A stretch of DNA of 64,000 nucleotides from Massalongia carnosa (lineage: Eukaryota), in assembly GCA_965645245.1 (NCBI GenBank), contig OZ287077.1:124001-188000 (forward strand), given 5' to 3'. The position numbers and the translations under genes were made by a program. The stretch's first letter is position 1. Every line of letters begins with the position of its first letter. This document shows, piece by piece, positions 37,759 to 48,513 of the stretch. The notes under the pieces were generated by a model that ran no database searches, was not told where the DNA came from, and saw only the letters and a program-made list of their open reading frames with translations.

Positions 37759-38108
37759 TACAGATATCTAGAGATAGTGGAAAAACGACATACAGTGACC
37801 GGAGAAAGACAGAAAGAACGGGGGCATCCATTTGACCCTGACAACGAGGCACGAACAGACCTCTCAAGAACGCGCGGACTCGGACATAGCGACGGGACGA
37901 CCCCATACAGCTTGCGACACGGTGGAGACGGTCTAGGTACTAAAAGAATTGACATCGAGACGAAGACAGACGGAAAAGTGACGGCATTACGGACCGGACC
38001 AATCAGGAGCCTCGGAATTGCGACTCGGCAGTTGAAGTCGACAGACTAATCCCGTTTGAGAACATCGCCACATTTAGCGAATGCATCAATGATTTAGCGA
38101 CGGCGTGA

Positions 38109-39653
38109 GTGCGACAGTGGCAAAAATATAGTGTACCCACAGACATGGGGCCTGAGCGGTATCGCATTCCTGCTAGGAGATTAGCCAGCGTCGGGAACCG
38201 AGAGACAAAACGACACGGAGTAGACATAAAAGTAGCCTCATTTCCCTCCGATGGCAGAATATCGCAGCCATTCCATTCTACCCATTCGTACAATTCATAT
38301 CAAACTTCCTATTCACCAGTTGACAATACCGAGAGAGAAAGCAGAGCGCATTGCTATAACAGACAACGTCTGCATACGGAGGCGGCACCAGCACCTCTGC
38401 ACCACAGACATTTCGACCTACCTCCACCGTACCAGACACATACTTGTCCTTGTTTGTCATATCATTGTTTCGAGCCGACTAAGCAAGCTCCTATTGGTCA
38501 TTCGTCTGCAGGAGAGACGTATACTCATCATCCTGTTTCGCATTGTCATCCATACTATTGTCAGCCGAGTAGTCATATCCCAACCTCTGACGACAAAGAA
38601 ACAACTACGTCACAGCTGACAAAAATCGTTACAAACTTCATTCCTCTTCTCGAGCAACTTGTCATTAGCGTCCGAAACACTAACGAGGCACGTACGCGAA
38701 CTGATAGTCCTGCTCCACCTGCGAGCCGAGATAGTCCATCGACTATCATACCTACAACCGAAGGTCAACCTAGTCACGAGGCAGAGAGCACCATGACCAC
38801 ACCATCGTCGACAAGCCCCGAGTCTTTTGGAAATAGACCAGCCATGTCCGCTGGACCCTTTGGATTTGTGATGACCATGCCTCAACCAGGCACTCCTGGC
38901 ACTCCATTCTTTCAAGGTAAAAATGTGTCGGAGTTCCTGAGTCGGTACGAGGATATGTGTGAGGACTATCATGTCGGAAACAATGAGAAGATTCGTAGGT
39001 TGCCCCGTTATTGCGACATGCTAATTGACCAGACCATTGAGTCGCTTCCGGACTTTGTGGAGAGAAGATGGACACAGCTGAGCAAGGTGATGAAGAAAGA
39101 GTACAAGGCTGGCGATAGCATTCAGCAGGTGAATTCTCGACCGTTTCTGGAGTCATACAAGGACAAAGTACGCACTAGCGACGATGATGTGCGGAACTTC
39201 TGTCGGAAGTTCGGTGCCATATCCAAAGCCCTAATTAGTCAAGAGAAGCTAGACATTTACACACGAAATCAGTGGTTCATGCAAGGTCTTCCTGCTGACA
39301 TACGCGAAGAGTTGTTCTTTCGCCGAGGTGTTGATTTCGACGATAATGTGATGAAGGACTTTGATGGACTGGTGAAAAAGACTCTGACACTAGTAGAGGC
39401 GAGAATGAAATATAAGGAGGTGATGCGGACCGAGAAGAGTGTAACCGATAAATATAGTGCTCTAGCCGACCAGTTCGACAAAAAGATAGTGCTAGACGGT
39501 CATGAAAATATCATGAACTCGCTTAGTCCACCAGTAGCAGACTCGACTACTGTTAGCCTATCGAAGTCCACGGAGAAAACTATCATGGACCTGACCAATA
39601 AGTTCGATGCATTAGTCCTTGCCACCGGAGCTCAAATGCGACCGGCCAATTAG
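38109..39653 (+). CDS. gag: D1 gag (capsid part); start uncertain (GTG 38109 or a later ATG such as 38793)
   Basis: MPQPGTPGTPFFQGKNVSEFLSRYE, gag-like; ends at an in-frame TAG. Confidence 0.75.
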   Translation: MRQWQKYSVPTDMGPERYRIPARRLASVGNRETKRHGVDIKVASFPSDGRISQPFHSTHSYNSYQTSYSPVDNTERESRAHCYNRQRLHTEAAPAPLHHRHFDLPPPYQTHTCPCLSYHCFEPTKQAPIGHSSAGETYTHHPVSHCHPYYCQPSSHIPTSDDKETTTSQLTKIVTNFIPLLEQLVISVRNTNEARTRTDSPAPPASRDSPSTIIPTTEGQPSHEAESTMTTPSSTSPESFGNRPAMSAGPFGFVMTMPQPGTPGTPFFQGKNVSEFLSRYEDMCEDYHVGNNEKIRRLPRYCDMLIDQTIESLPDFVERRWTQLSKVMKKEYKAGDSIQQVNSRPFLESYKDKVRTSDDDVRNFCRKFGAISKALISQEKLDIYTRNQWFMQGLPADIREELFFRRGVDFDDNVMKDFDGLVKKTLTLVEARMKYKEVMRTEKSVTDKYSALADQFDKKIVLDGHENIMNSLSPPVADSTTVSLSKSTEKTIMDLTNKFDALVLATGAQMRPAN

Positions 39654-41165
39654 AATAGTCAGCAGAGTCAGCAGAGTCGGAACCGTTCCCAATCACCACA
39701 TAGACAGTCATCCTATGACGGACAGAGACAACAGCATGACCATCAATATGGTAGCGACGAAAGCTGCAACTATTGTGGAGAGAAGGTACTGCATGACAGG
39801 CGAAGAGACTGTCCAGACTTCGACGCTGACCAAAGGAATGGTGTTATCCATCTGAATGAGAAAGGCCTGCTCTGTCTGGGACCGATGGGTACATATTCCA
39901 ACCCAATTCGGCATTTACCGGGTGTGACACAAAAAGAGTCCATTAGACGTGCGAAGATGTTGGCCAATCAATTTAGTCAAGCTGGACAAAATGCCGAAGT
40001 GCACACGGTTCGAATAGGCGAGGATAGTGCAGATGACTTTTCTTCTGACGAAGAATGGGACCCGGAGGTGACGATCATCGAACATACTACCTCTATCAAC
40101 TCGGCTAGGACCGAAAACAATAAACCTGCTGAGGAGAACTGGAAAGAGCCGGCTAAACGAATTCTGAAACGCAGGGCTGAGCGCGAGGACCATTTCGCAG
40201 TACCGAAAGCACCTAGATATGGCAATTGGAGTCCGCTTCCTACGTCGGTAGAACGTCGGAATGATAGTCTTGACCAATCAAAACCAACCGACAGAGCTTC
40301 CGCGGCAGAACCTCGGGTAACATTTGCTGACCCTATAGAAGAAGATGTGGAAATGACAGAAGCAGGTCTAGCTGGGAAAGGCGGCGGAAAGAAGAAGCCG
40401 GGTACCGGAGTGCTGAGGGCACCTATTCGTGGAGAAGTTCGAGACGCCATAGAAAAGATAGGTGCAGAAGAATTCCTGAAGATAGCGAGACGAGAGTTCA
40501 ACGTGGACTTGATACAGGGCCGCTATCTGCAATCGCTAGCAGCTGGTACTGGAGGACTGACCAATGGCAATATCATAGCCATGTTACCCATGTTTAAATC
40601 GGTAGTTAACAAAGTGACACGAAATACGGAAGCAGAAAGACAGGACGGTCCAACGGTAAAAATCGGCTCTATCGGCATTCGGGATCCACTACTCCGCAGA
40701 GCATATACAAGGTCGACACCTAAAGCCAAAGTGCGAGTTGGTGATGGAGGCCGATATAAGTCTCTTCTTGACTCAGGTGCCGAAGTGAACGTGATGACAT
40801 ATGATGTCGCTAAGCGCGAGGGTCTGGCCATGCGACCTTACCCAAATATCAATCTAATTTCCCATACCGGACATAGAAAGGAATTCCTCGGGGTGTGTGA
40901 AAACGTGGAGGTTGATATTGGCGGAGTAGCGTCGCTTAACCACATATTTGTCATTGATGCTGCGGACCATCAACTAGTGCTAGGACAACCTTATCTTCAC
41001 CAGATGCGTGTGGGCTTGGACTACCGTAACAACGAGGTAGAATGCACCATACATGCTGAAGATGGGAAACGAACTGCTAAGTTCATAGCGACTTCCGATC
41101 CTGGTAGCAAACTCCATACAGCAGAGGACCTGTTTCCGGAGAACCGAGACGAAACTTTAAACTAG
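39654..41165 (+). CDS. D1 zinc knuckle and aspartic protease, same frame as gag
   Basis: The frame is open from the TAG onward: CNYCGEKVLHDRRRDC, LLDSGAEVNVM, LVLGQPYL. Confidence 0.85.
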   Translation, partial: NSQQSQQSRNRSQSPHRQSSYDGQRQQHDHQYGSDESCNYCGEKVLHDRRRDCPDFDADQRNGVIHLNEKGLLCLGPMGTYSNPIRHLPGVTQKESIRRAKMLANQFSQAGQNAEVHTVRIGEDSADDFSSDEEWDPEVTIIEHTTSINSARTENNKPAEENWKEPAKRILKRRAEREDHFAVPKAPRYGNWSPLPTSVERRNDSLDQSKPTDRASAAEPRVTFADPIEEDVEMTEAGLAGKGGGKKKPGTGVLRAPIRGEVRDAIEKIGAEEFLKIARREFNVDLIQGRYLQSLAAGTGGLTNGNIIAMLPMFKSVVNKVTRNTEAERQDGPTVKIGSIGIRDPLLRRAYTRSTPKAKVRVGDGGRYKSLLDSGAEVNVMTYDVAKREGLAMRPYPNINLISHTGHRKEFLGVCENVEVDIGGVASLNHIFVIDAADHQLVLGQPYLHQMRVGLDYRNNEVECTIHAEDGKRTAKFIATSDPGSKLHTAEDLFPENRDETLN

Positions 41166-44100
41166 CTAGCCACCATGTGCAGAACAGGTCCATGGCTGGT
41201 AGCAGTAATAAAAACCTGGAGAGAGCGAAAGTGTCGAGTTTTAGGGTTGGACTATCGGAGAATAAATCTTCCATTCCATTTAACAGGCCCGGCCTATTAA
41301 ATCAAATAGCCCTAACTCCTACAGCGACTAGTGCGGAAGAGGCGGCGATGGACCACTATGTTCGCGCCTTCACACCGTCGCGTGCAATTGGCTCGGTCGG
41401 ACTTTCGGCTCTGAGGTTTTCTCGGAAATTCGACATGTACACGATCAATCAGAACAGGGTGTTCGGGCGACGGAGTAGTGTGAGAGTTGATACGGCATAC
41501 AAACGGAAGGCAGTCAAGGTTCGACCAGTGAATTCTGACCAGTCGGATGGCACCATACCTGGTGGAATAGCAGATTGGAAAGCGAAGGCGCTAGAGAAAG
41601 AGAGAGGCCTACCAAAGTCAGAAAAGTTCCCTGATTGGCTAATTCCAAAGTTCTCGACAATATTCAAAGGCTCACGATTGACACCGGAACGGCTGCAGCG
41701 AATGACAGTGGGCGACAGTATGACGTCTGCTGAGAAAGAAGTGTTGACCCAGATGTTATACAACCGAGAAGCAGCGCTGTCATGGGAGTTTTCCGAGATG
41801 GGCAGAGTCAAACCTGAGGTGTCTCCACCATGTAAAATCAACACTATTCCACATGAGGCATGGCAGACCCCATCATTCCCATTGCCAAGGGCCCTGGTAC
41901 CGATGGTGATAGAGATGCTGAAGGACCGACTGCAGCGAGGAACGTTGGAACCTTGTCATGGTCCCTATCGAAATCCATGGTTCATAGTGAAGAAGAAAGA
42001 GAAAAATAAGTACCGATTAATTAATGCGGCCCTAGACATGAACAAAGTGACCATCCGAGACGCAAATCTGCCACCTTCGGTAGACGAATTCTCAGAGGAC
42101 TTTGCTGGCTGCCACATCGCTTCCTTGATCGACTTGTTTTCAGGATATGACCAAATGGAACTCGATGTTCATAGTCGAGACATGACCGCCTTCATGACAC
42201 CAATAGGACTATTGCGAATGACATCTATACCAATGGGAGCTACCAATTCGGTTGCACAGTTCGTACGGGTAGTGACAAAGATACTGCAGGACCACATTCC
42301 GAACCGTGCTAAACCTTTCTTTGATGACATCGGAGTGAAGGGGCCGAAGACTGATTATGGTGGTGAAGAAGTGGCACCGGGCATCAGAAAGTACGTGCTT
42401 GAACATCTCATGTGGCTAGATGGGGTACTCGCGGACATAGAAAGGGCTGGATGCACTATCTCCGGAGAAAAGTCGCAATTTTGCATGGCCGGTCTGAAGA
42501 TAGTAGGATTTGTGACCGACTCCGATGGTAGACATCCGGACACCGCTAAGGTTATCAAAATTCTAGAGTGGCCGATATGCACCGACGCTTCTTCCGCTCG
42601 TGCTTTTATAGGTGTGTGTGTGTACTATCGCATATGGATATTGGACTTTGCCATTGTTGCTGAACCAATATATCGTCTGCTGAAGAAAGATGCTGCTTTT
42701 GTATGGGGCATGGAACAAACCGAGGCAATGGACTTGCTGAAGATAGCTCTGACATCTCCGCCAGCACTAAAGACCATTGACTATAGCGAGCTAGCTGGAC
42801 TTATCATATTGGCTGTGGATGCGAGTTTGAAAGGATGGGGCGCTGTACTGATGCAAATCTTTGATGGCAAGCGTCACCCCATTCGGTACGAAAGCGGAGT
42901 ATGGAGCGAGGTGGAACAGCGATATGATGCAACCAAGCGAGAGTGTCGAGGCGTTCTAAAGGCATTGAAAAAGACAAGGCACTGGCTATATGGAGTTCAC
43001 TTTGTGTTGGAGACAGACGCCAACGTCCTAGTGGCGCAATTGAATGGAGCTTGTACCGATTTGCCTGGTGCTCTGATAGTCCGATGGATAGCATGGATAC
43101 GACTGTTTGACTTCGAGGTCAAACATGTTGCTGGCCGAAAACATACGGCAGCAGATGGACTGTCTAGACGACCTCATACTGAGGAAGAAATTCGGGCCGA
43201 ACAGCAGGAGCAAGACATAGACGACTTCATAGATGCCGAACTGAATTCACTAAGGGCCTGTCCAATTTCCGTTAACTCCGCAGACGAGGTGCCAGACGAA
43301 AAAGTGCTAAAGGCCGGATATAGAGATAAGTCCGAGAGAATCGCTGCATTTCTAACATCACTACAAAAGCCGGTTGGACTAAACCGCAAAGAGTTTAGAG
43401 CGTTTAAGAGCGAGGCCTTGCGCTATCGAGTACAAGATGGCCATCTTTATAGACGAAACAGCAAGAACGTACCTTCCAGGAGAGTGATAGACTCCGATGA
43501 GCGGAAGTTGGAAATATTGAAACAGCTGCATGACGAAAGTGGACATAGAGGCAGAGAGGGCACATACAGACGCATAGCAGACAGGTACTGGTGGGAACAA
43601 TTGCACGATGATGTAAAAGGCTATGTTCGGTCCTGCGAGGAATGTCAGAAACGTGACCCCACTAGGCTCGAGGAAGCACTTCATCCGACATGGGTTACCT
43701 TCATGTGGCAGAAGGTTGGCTTAGACGTGGTCCACATGCCAGCTTGTCGAGGCAAGCACTATATTGTTATGGCCAGAGATGACTTTTCCGGATGGGTCGA
43801 GGGTAGAGCACTAGGAAAAGCTACCGCTCAGAATGTCGCGAGATTCTTGTGGGAAGATGTTATATGCAGACATGGGTGCTTCGGAAAACTGATTGTTGAT
43901 GGTGGACCAGAAAACAAAGATGCTGTTATCGAATTAGCAAATCGATATGGTATCAAAAGAGTAGTTGTTTCTGCCTATCATCCGCAAGCCAATGGCATGA
44001 TAGAACGGGGACATCGGCCAGTTGTTCAAGCATTATCCAAAATGACAAATGGAGGCATGGGCAAATGGGTTGATAATCTTCCTGCAGTACTATGGGCCGA

Positions 44101-44743
44101 CCGTACAACAGTTCGTGCTAGCACCGGCAACACACCTTTCTATCTGAATAGCGACAATGAGGCTGTTCTACCAATTGAACTGGAAATTCCAACATGGAGA
44201 ATATTACCATGGAATGAAGTTCATACAACAGACGAATTGCTAGCTATGCGTGCGAGACAAATACAGCGAAGGGACGAAGACATGGAAGAGACAGCTTTAT
44301 TCCTGCAAAGACAAAGAATGGAAGGCAAAGAGACCTTTGACCCTCTGAACAATCTGAGATCAATTGAACTCACCGAGGGTCAATTAATTCTTTTGCACAA
44401 CACTAAATTAGACAATCAGCACACAGGCAAACTAACGTTCAGGTGGTTGGGACCATATAAAATTCAACAAACAATTGTTGATAAGGGAACTTACAAACTA
44501 TGTGAACTAGACGGCACCCTATTAGCTGGAACCTTTGCAGGAAATCGACTGAAACCATTTCATGCTCGGCAAAATATTAACTTACCTCCGATAGAAGAAC
44601 CTGAGCAACATAATAGTCAGGGGCCGACTATAAACCATGGGGGGGACGAGGACGACCGACAATCCATGATTCCACCTGGCTGGCCAATGGCAGTAGTGAT
44701 TCCTAGCAGACGTGCTGATGCGATGGAGACGGTGGAAAATTGA
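41156..44743 (+). CDS. pol: D1 pol (RT-RNase H-integrase), intact, -1 frame
   Basis: 1188-aa ORF; DLFSGYDQ, FFDD, VDASLKGWG, H..H..C..C, YHPQANG, WLGPY; no chromodomain. Confidence 0.93.
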   Translation, partial: FKLASHHVQNRSMAGSSNKNLERAKVSSFRVGLSENKSSIPFNRPGLLNQIALTPTATSAEEAAMDHYVRAFTPSRAIGSVGLSALRFSRKFDMYTINQNRVFGRRSSVRVDTAYKRKAVKVRPVNSDQSDGTIPGGIADWKAKALEKERGLPKSEKFPDWLIPKFSTIFKGSRLTPERLQRMTVGDSMTSAEKEVLTQMLYNREAALSWEFSEMGRVKPEVSPPCKINTIPHEAWQTPSFPLPRALVPMVIEMLKDRLQRGTLEPCHGPYRNPWFIVKKKEKNKYRLINAALDMNKVTIRDANLPPSVDEFSEDFAGCHIASLIDLFSGYDQMELDVHSRDMTAFMTPIGLLRMTSIPMGATNSVAQFVRVVTKILQDHIPNRAKPFFDDIGVKGPKTDYGGEEVAPGIRKYVLEHLMWLDGVLADIERAGCTISGEKSQFCMAGLKIVGFVTDSDGRHPDTAKVIKILEWPICTDASSARAFIGVCVYYRIWILDFAIVAEPIYRLLKKDAAFVWGMEQTEAMDLLKIALTSPPALKTIDYSELAGLIILAVDASLKGWGAVLMQIFDGKRHPIRYESGVWSEVEQRYDATKRECRGVLKALKKTRHWLYGVHFVLETDANVLVAQLNGACTDLPGALIVRWIAWIRLFDFEVKHVAGRKHTAADGLSRRPHTEEEIRAEQQEQDIDDFIDAELNSLRACPISVNSADEVPDEKVLKAGYRDKSERIAAFLTSLQKPVGLNRKEFRAFKSEALRYRVQDGHLYRRNSKNVPSRRVIDSDERKLEILKQLHDESGHRGREGTYRRIADRYWWEQLHDDVKGYVRSCEECQKRDPTRLEEALHPTWVTFMWQKVGLDVVHMPACRGKHYIVMARDDFSGWVEGRALGKATAQNVARFLWEDVICRHGCFGKLIVDGGPENKDAVIELANRYGIKRVVVSAYHPQANGMIERGHRPVVQALSKMTNGGMGKWVDNLPAVLWADRTTVRASTGNTPFYLNSDNEAVLPIELEIPTWRILPWNEVHTTDELLAMRARQIQRRDEDMEETALFLQRQRMEGKETFDPLNNLRSIELTEGQLILLHNTKLDNQHTGKLTFRWLGPYKIQQTIVDKGTYKLCELDGTLLAGTFAGNRLKPFHARQNINLPPIEEPEQHNSQGPTINHGGDEDDRQSMIPPGWPMAVVIPSRRADAMETVEN

Positions 44744-45100
44744 CATATCCGACTACCTATATCGAACGAATTTCCTTAGTAAAATGCATATTGTCAGCGG
44801 AGGGAGCACACGAACCTTCGGAATAGTTTCATTTCACACTTACCAAAATTCACCGAAAACTTCACCAACCTTAGTCGAAATTGCCATCTTCCAAATCCTC
44901 ACCTCCATGTTTTACCTTTTCCATACTACCAGAACTCAGCAAATTATCTAGCTTTTACTACCTACCTGATCAGCACATATACTATCTTCCTATCAGCAAA
45001 CATCTCTGCTAAGCTCAACTTCTTATCTAAGCGAAAGTCAGCAAGCTACTCGATAACTTGGAACAATTTATCTTACCTTACTTGCCTTACATCTTTTGGC

Positions 45101-45616
45101 ATGTCTTTCCAATTAGTCATTGTCCTAGGAAATGACCGCTTCCACCGCATGACAGACGCACTAGCTTTTCTTGAGACATTGACCCCAGCAGACCGATACG
45201 AGGGACAGAGGACCATAGAATCGCAGCTAATAGAGTTCCAGCATATGCTAGGGGATAGCATAGTGGACTATTATGACTATGTCATACAGAATGATGCCTG
45301 GGCCTCGGTGATGAAAGAAGAAGAGTTCAAAGCTCAATAAGACGATGTAATTGAGGAGGTGGATATGGCCCAACTGTCACGGGCAGTTGGAGAATGGAGG
45401 AATCGAACACTCAAGGAGGCCACTATTATGTTTCAGCATGTGAAGAAAGCAGAGGAAGAGGACTTTGGGACTAGGTCATCTTTTCGGTTAAAGCGAGAGT
45501 CACATGGCAGGCCTATTCCTCACATCTCTGATGACATTGATACGACTCCGGGACCCGAGCTGGATGAGGAGGAGTTAGAGTTTGCTGAGGCCGGAATGAA
45601 GCGAACGGTGGAGTAG
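45101..45616 (+). pseudogene. D1 extra 3' ORF (ORF3), one premature TAA
   Basis: Collinear with the intact 171-aa ORF in D2. Confidence 0.65.
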
Positions 45617-45665
45617 GAACAGTGATAGGTGTCAGGGGTCGACACCTAAAGAGAGAGGGGAACTA

Positions 45666-46022
45666 TGTAGGGGGGTGGAGCGGTGATACTCTAAATTCAA
45701 ATTGCTAGCGGTTCGGGAGTTGGTTCTTTTCGGCTGATACTCGGTAAAGGTAGCGGGGAAGTCAGGTGACAGTCTTTCTTTTAGCTTAGTTATAGATAGT
45801 TCTTTTCCTTTTGGAGCAAGCATGCTCGTAGCAATAGCTACAACACATAGCATCAACACATACAGTTCACAGGCACGAGGCATCAGGCACGAGGCGCGAG
45901 GGTTACAGTGATCAGTCTAGCTATTGTTCTTATTCTATTGTTCTGTTCTTCTCTAGTTTGTTTGTTCTCTTGCACTCCTAGCAGTAGTGGACCACGCACA
46001 CAACCCAGTTCATCCTTCCACA
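45666..46022 (+). repeat. 3' LTR of D1 (357 bp)
   Basis: Direct repeat of 37182-37568 with indels and substitutions. Confidence 0.93.
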
Positions 46023-48340
46023 ACGGCGCCAGCGAGGTGCAGATCGCTGTGTTTCCGCCAACCTTAGAAATAGAAGCAATACGAGGTCACATGAACTAGG
46101 ACGAGAACAACAATTATCAGAAATCAAACCGTATTATTTATACTGGAATCGGAAGGAACCACATCTCGATGCTGTAAATCTCTTGTGTAGATGGCTGTAT
46201 CATACTGAGATAAAAAAAGGTTTTATTTTTCGTCGATTCGATCAGTATGATAGAGTGGATAAAGCAAGCCGACCTATGGTGAGTATGCTTGATAGTTCTT
46301 GTTTTCAAAGTTCTCTTTTTAAATGAGCTCTTAGACCTCGTCCACGTTTTTAGAGAATTTTCGCAACAATCTTGCCGACATAGGAATAGATCCAGCTCCT
46401 TATGGTACTCATTAATTTCGAAGATGAGGTGTACAATATCTTTCGAGTGAAAACCGATTGAACATACGCAAATTATGTGATTGTGGTGGATGGTCTCAAA
46501 GTTATGATACTTTGACAATCGTTCGTTATTTAATGAATTGGAATGACGATCCTATAAGACGACGAGATGATTTCATGAATCCGGAAGCGCAGATCGGAGT
46601 TAAATGTTCTTATTGTGGTCGAGCTTGCGGTTTTGCATAAAGAACTCATTAAATACTAGTTCATGAGCTCGAATAATGAAAACCAGGAGGATGATTTCAA
46701 TCTAATCTATAATGATAAAAAGTTAAGAGCTCATTTAACTAAACTCTTCTCACCCGAAATCCTACTCCTCATCATCATCCTCCCCCCTCACTCCTCTCCT
46801 CCTCCTCACCTTCCTCCTCTATCATCTCCTAATCCTCATTGAAAGGATCGGACGACACTTCCTCAAAAAGTGGATTATCACATTCGCCCAGTTTAGTCAA
46901 AAGATCGACAGCAGCATCCGTCCTTTCGCCTCTACTAGCAACCTAAATTCGGTTATAACGAAGTTCGTTTATAATGAGCATGTTCGGTTGATTTACTTTT
47001 CTATAAGACCATTTACCCAGTATGGCCTCAAAAAGACGAACACAATGCTCTCGTCGACCTCCAAGAGTTAACTCCTCTTGCGCCACATTCTATAAACATT
47101 AAATATTAGGTCGAGCTTATATAAAACGAGTATAAATTAACAATTTTACTTTGGTTTTGGCATTTCAAAAGATTTGCTTCTCGAACATCTATTGTTCGAG
47201 CATAGACGCACTATAAGCACATCCGCACGGCAAGAGATTAACCTTGTCTAAACCCAACGGAATATTCTCGCCCTTAGGCATCTCCTGCATTCGTTTTAAA
47301 CGAGCTTATCAGTAACAGATATCATCATTTATAACTAGCTCATACCTTTTGTGACCGATAACATCCATGACATCGGGCATAGCCCGGATTCTGTCTCCAG
47401 AATTTCGCTCGTAGCCCTTCTTCGCCCTCGGTTTCTTCTGGTTTTGCCCCAGGACCCCAACGTGTCTTATAAGCATTTATTCGTCTTCATTAATAACGAG
47501 TCAGTTGAAAACGAGCTCAGTTCATATAATAATACATACTTCTTTTTCTGCAGGCTTCTTGTGTTTCGCTTGTTCGAGCTCTATTTATTTTTCTGTTTTC
47601 GATAACCGCAGAATTATATTGTCAGGCGATTAGGGGTCACATGACCCGCCATGGGTCACACGACCCACTAACCCCTATTAGATATATCCCTCAGTAAGCT
47701 AGCCTAGATCTCCTATAGATCAATACACACCACTGCTTTTTATCTATATTCCACATTAGCCTATACAGCTTAATAGTTATGAGCCCGGTGAGCATAGAAG
47801 CTTCAAATTACTACTCATCAATCTAGTTGAATAAAACCCTCTTCCCAAAACGATCCAACAAAACGATCAAAATGGAGGAGACCAATAAATTAACGATAAT
47901 CGCCCTAACTCCTAAGAATTATCATCTATGGATTAGGGAATTACAAGGAATATCGGAGGAAGCGAAGGTATTGTAATAAGTGGACCCTAATGGTTCAAAC
48001 CCGGAGCCCGAAGAGGGAGAATATCCGGAAGTTTCAAAATATCAAGTCCCTATTCAAGCACAGCCAGCAGGTAGAATTGCTTACCCCATTATAGAAGGTG
48101 GAGTTATAATAGCCACGAAATCGACTGAGAAATAGGGTGATTTATCGGCTGAGTAAAAGGAGGACTATAAAATGGAGATATCAGCCTATAATATGAAGGA
48201 AAAACAGGTGGAGAAGGTTGCCCAAGGACTCAGAATAGTGGACAATGCACTAAAGAGCTCCGCACGAGTATACATCCCCCCCAATAAAATAGCTTCATCG
48301 GTTAGGGAAATAGTGAAAATTCTGGCTGCAAGATATTAGC

Positions 48341-48513
48341 TGTGAGGGATAAAACGAGTTCAATTTCAATAGCCTAGTTCTACACCAAAATCTTCAGACG
48401 AAGTCTAAAAGCTTTACTCGGGCGGAGTTCTATATAACCCCTGAAAAGTCGCTTCCTCGGCACATTACCTAATCGATGCTAGTCTGATGTCAGGTGACCT
48501 CAGGACCCTGACA
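48341..48513 (-). repeat. 3' LTR of E
   Basis: tgtgaggg...ccctgaca. Confidence 0.97.

Larger units (their letters stand above)
37182..46022 (+). mobile_element. non-chromoviral Ty3/gypsy element D1
   Basis: LTRs 37182-37568 and 45666-46022; tRNA-type PBS TGGCGACCAC at 37571; PPT agagagagggga; no TSD. Confidence 0.93.

Noticed and set aside
37570..38049. 159-aa upstream ORF of D1
   Set aside because: The TTG start overlaps the PBS and the content is largely translated 13-bp repeat.
39915..43684. Antisense ORFs conserved in both D copies
   Set aside because: Conservation only reflects near-identity of the copies; these are shadow ORFs of protease and pol.
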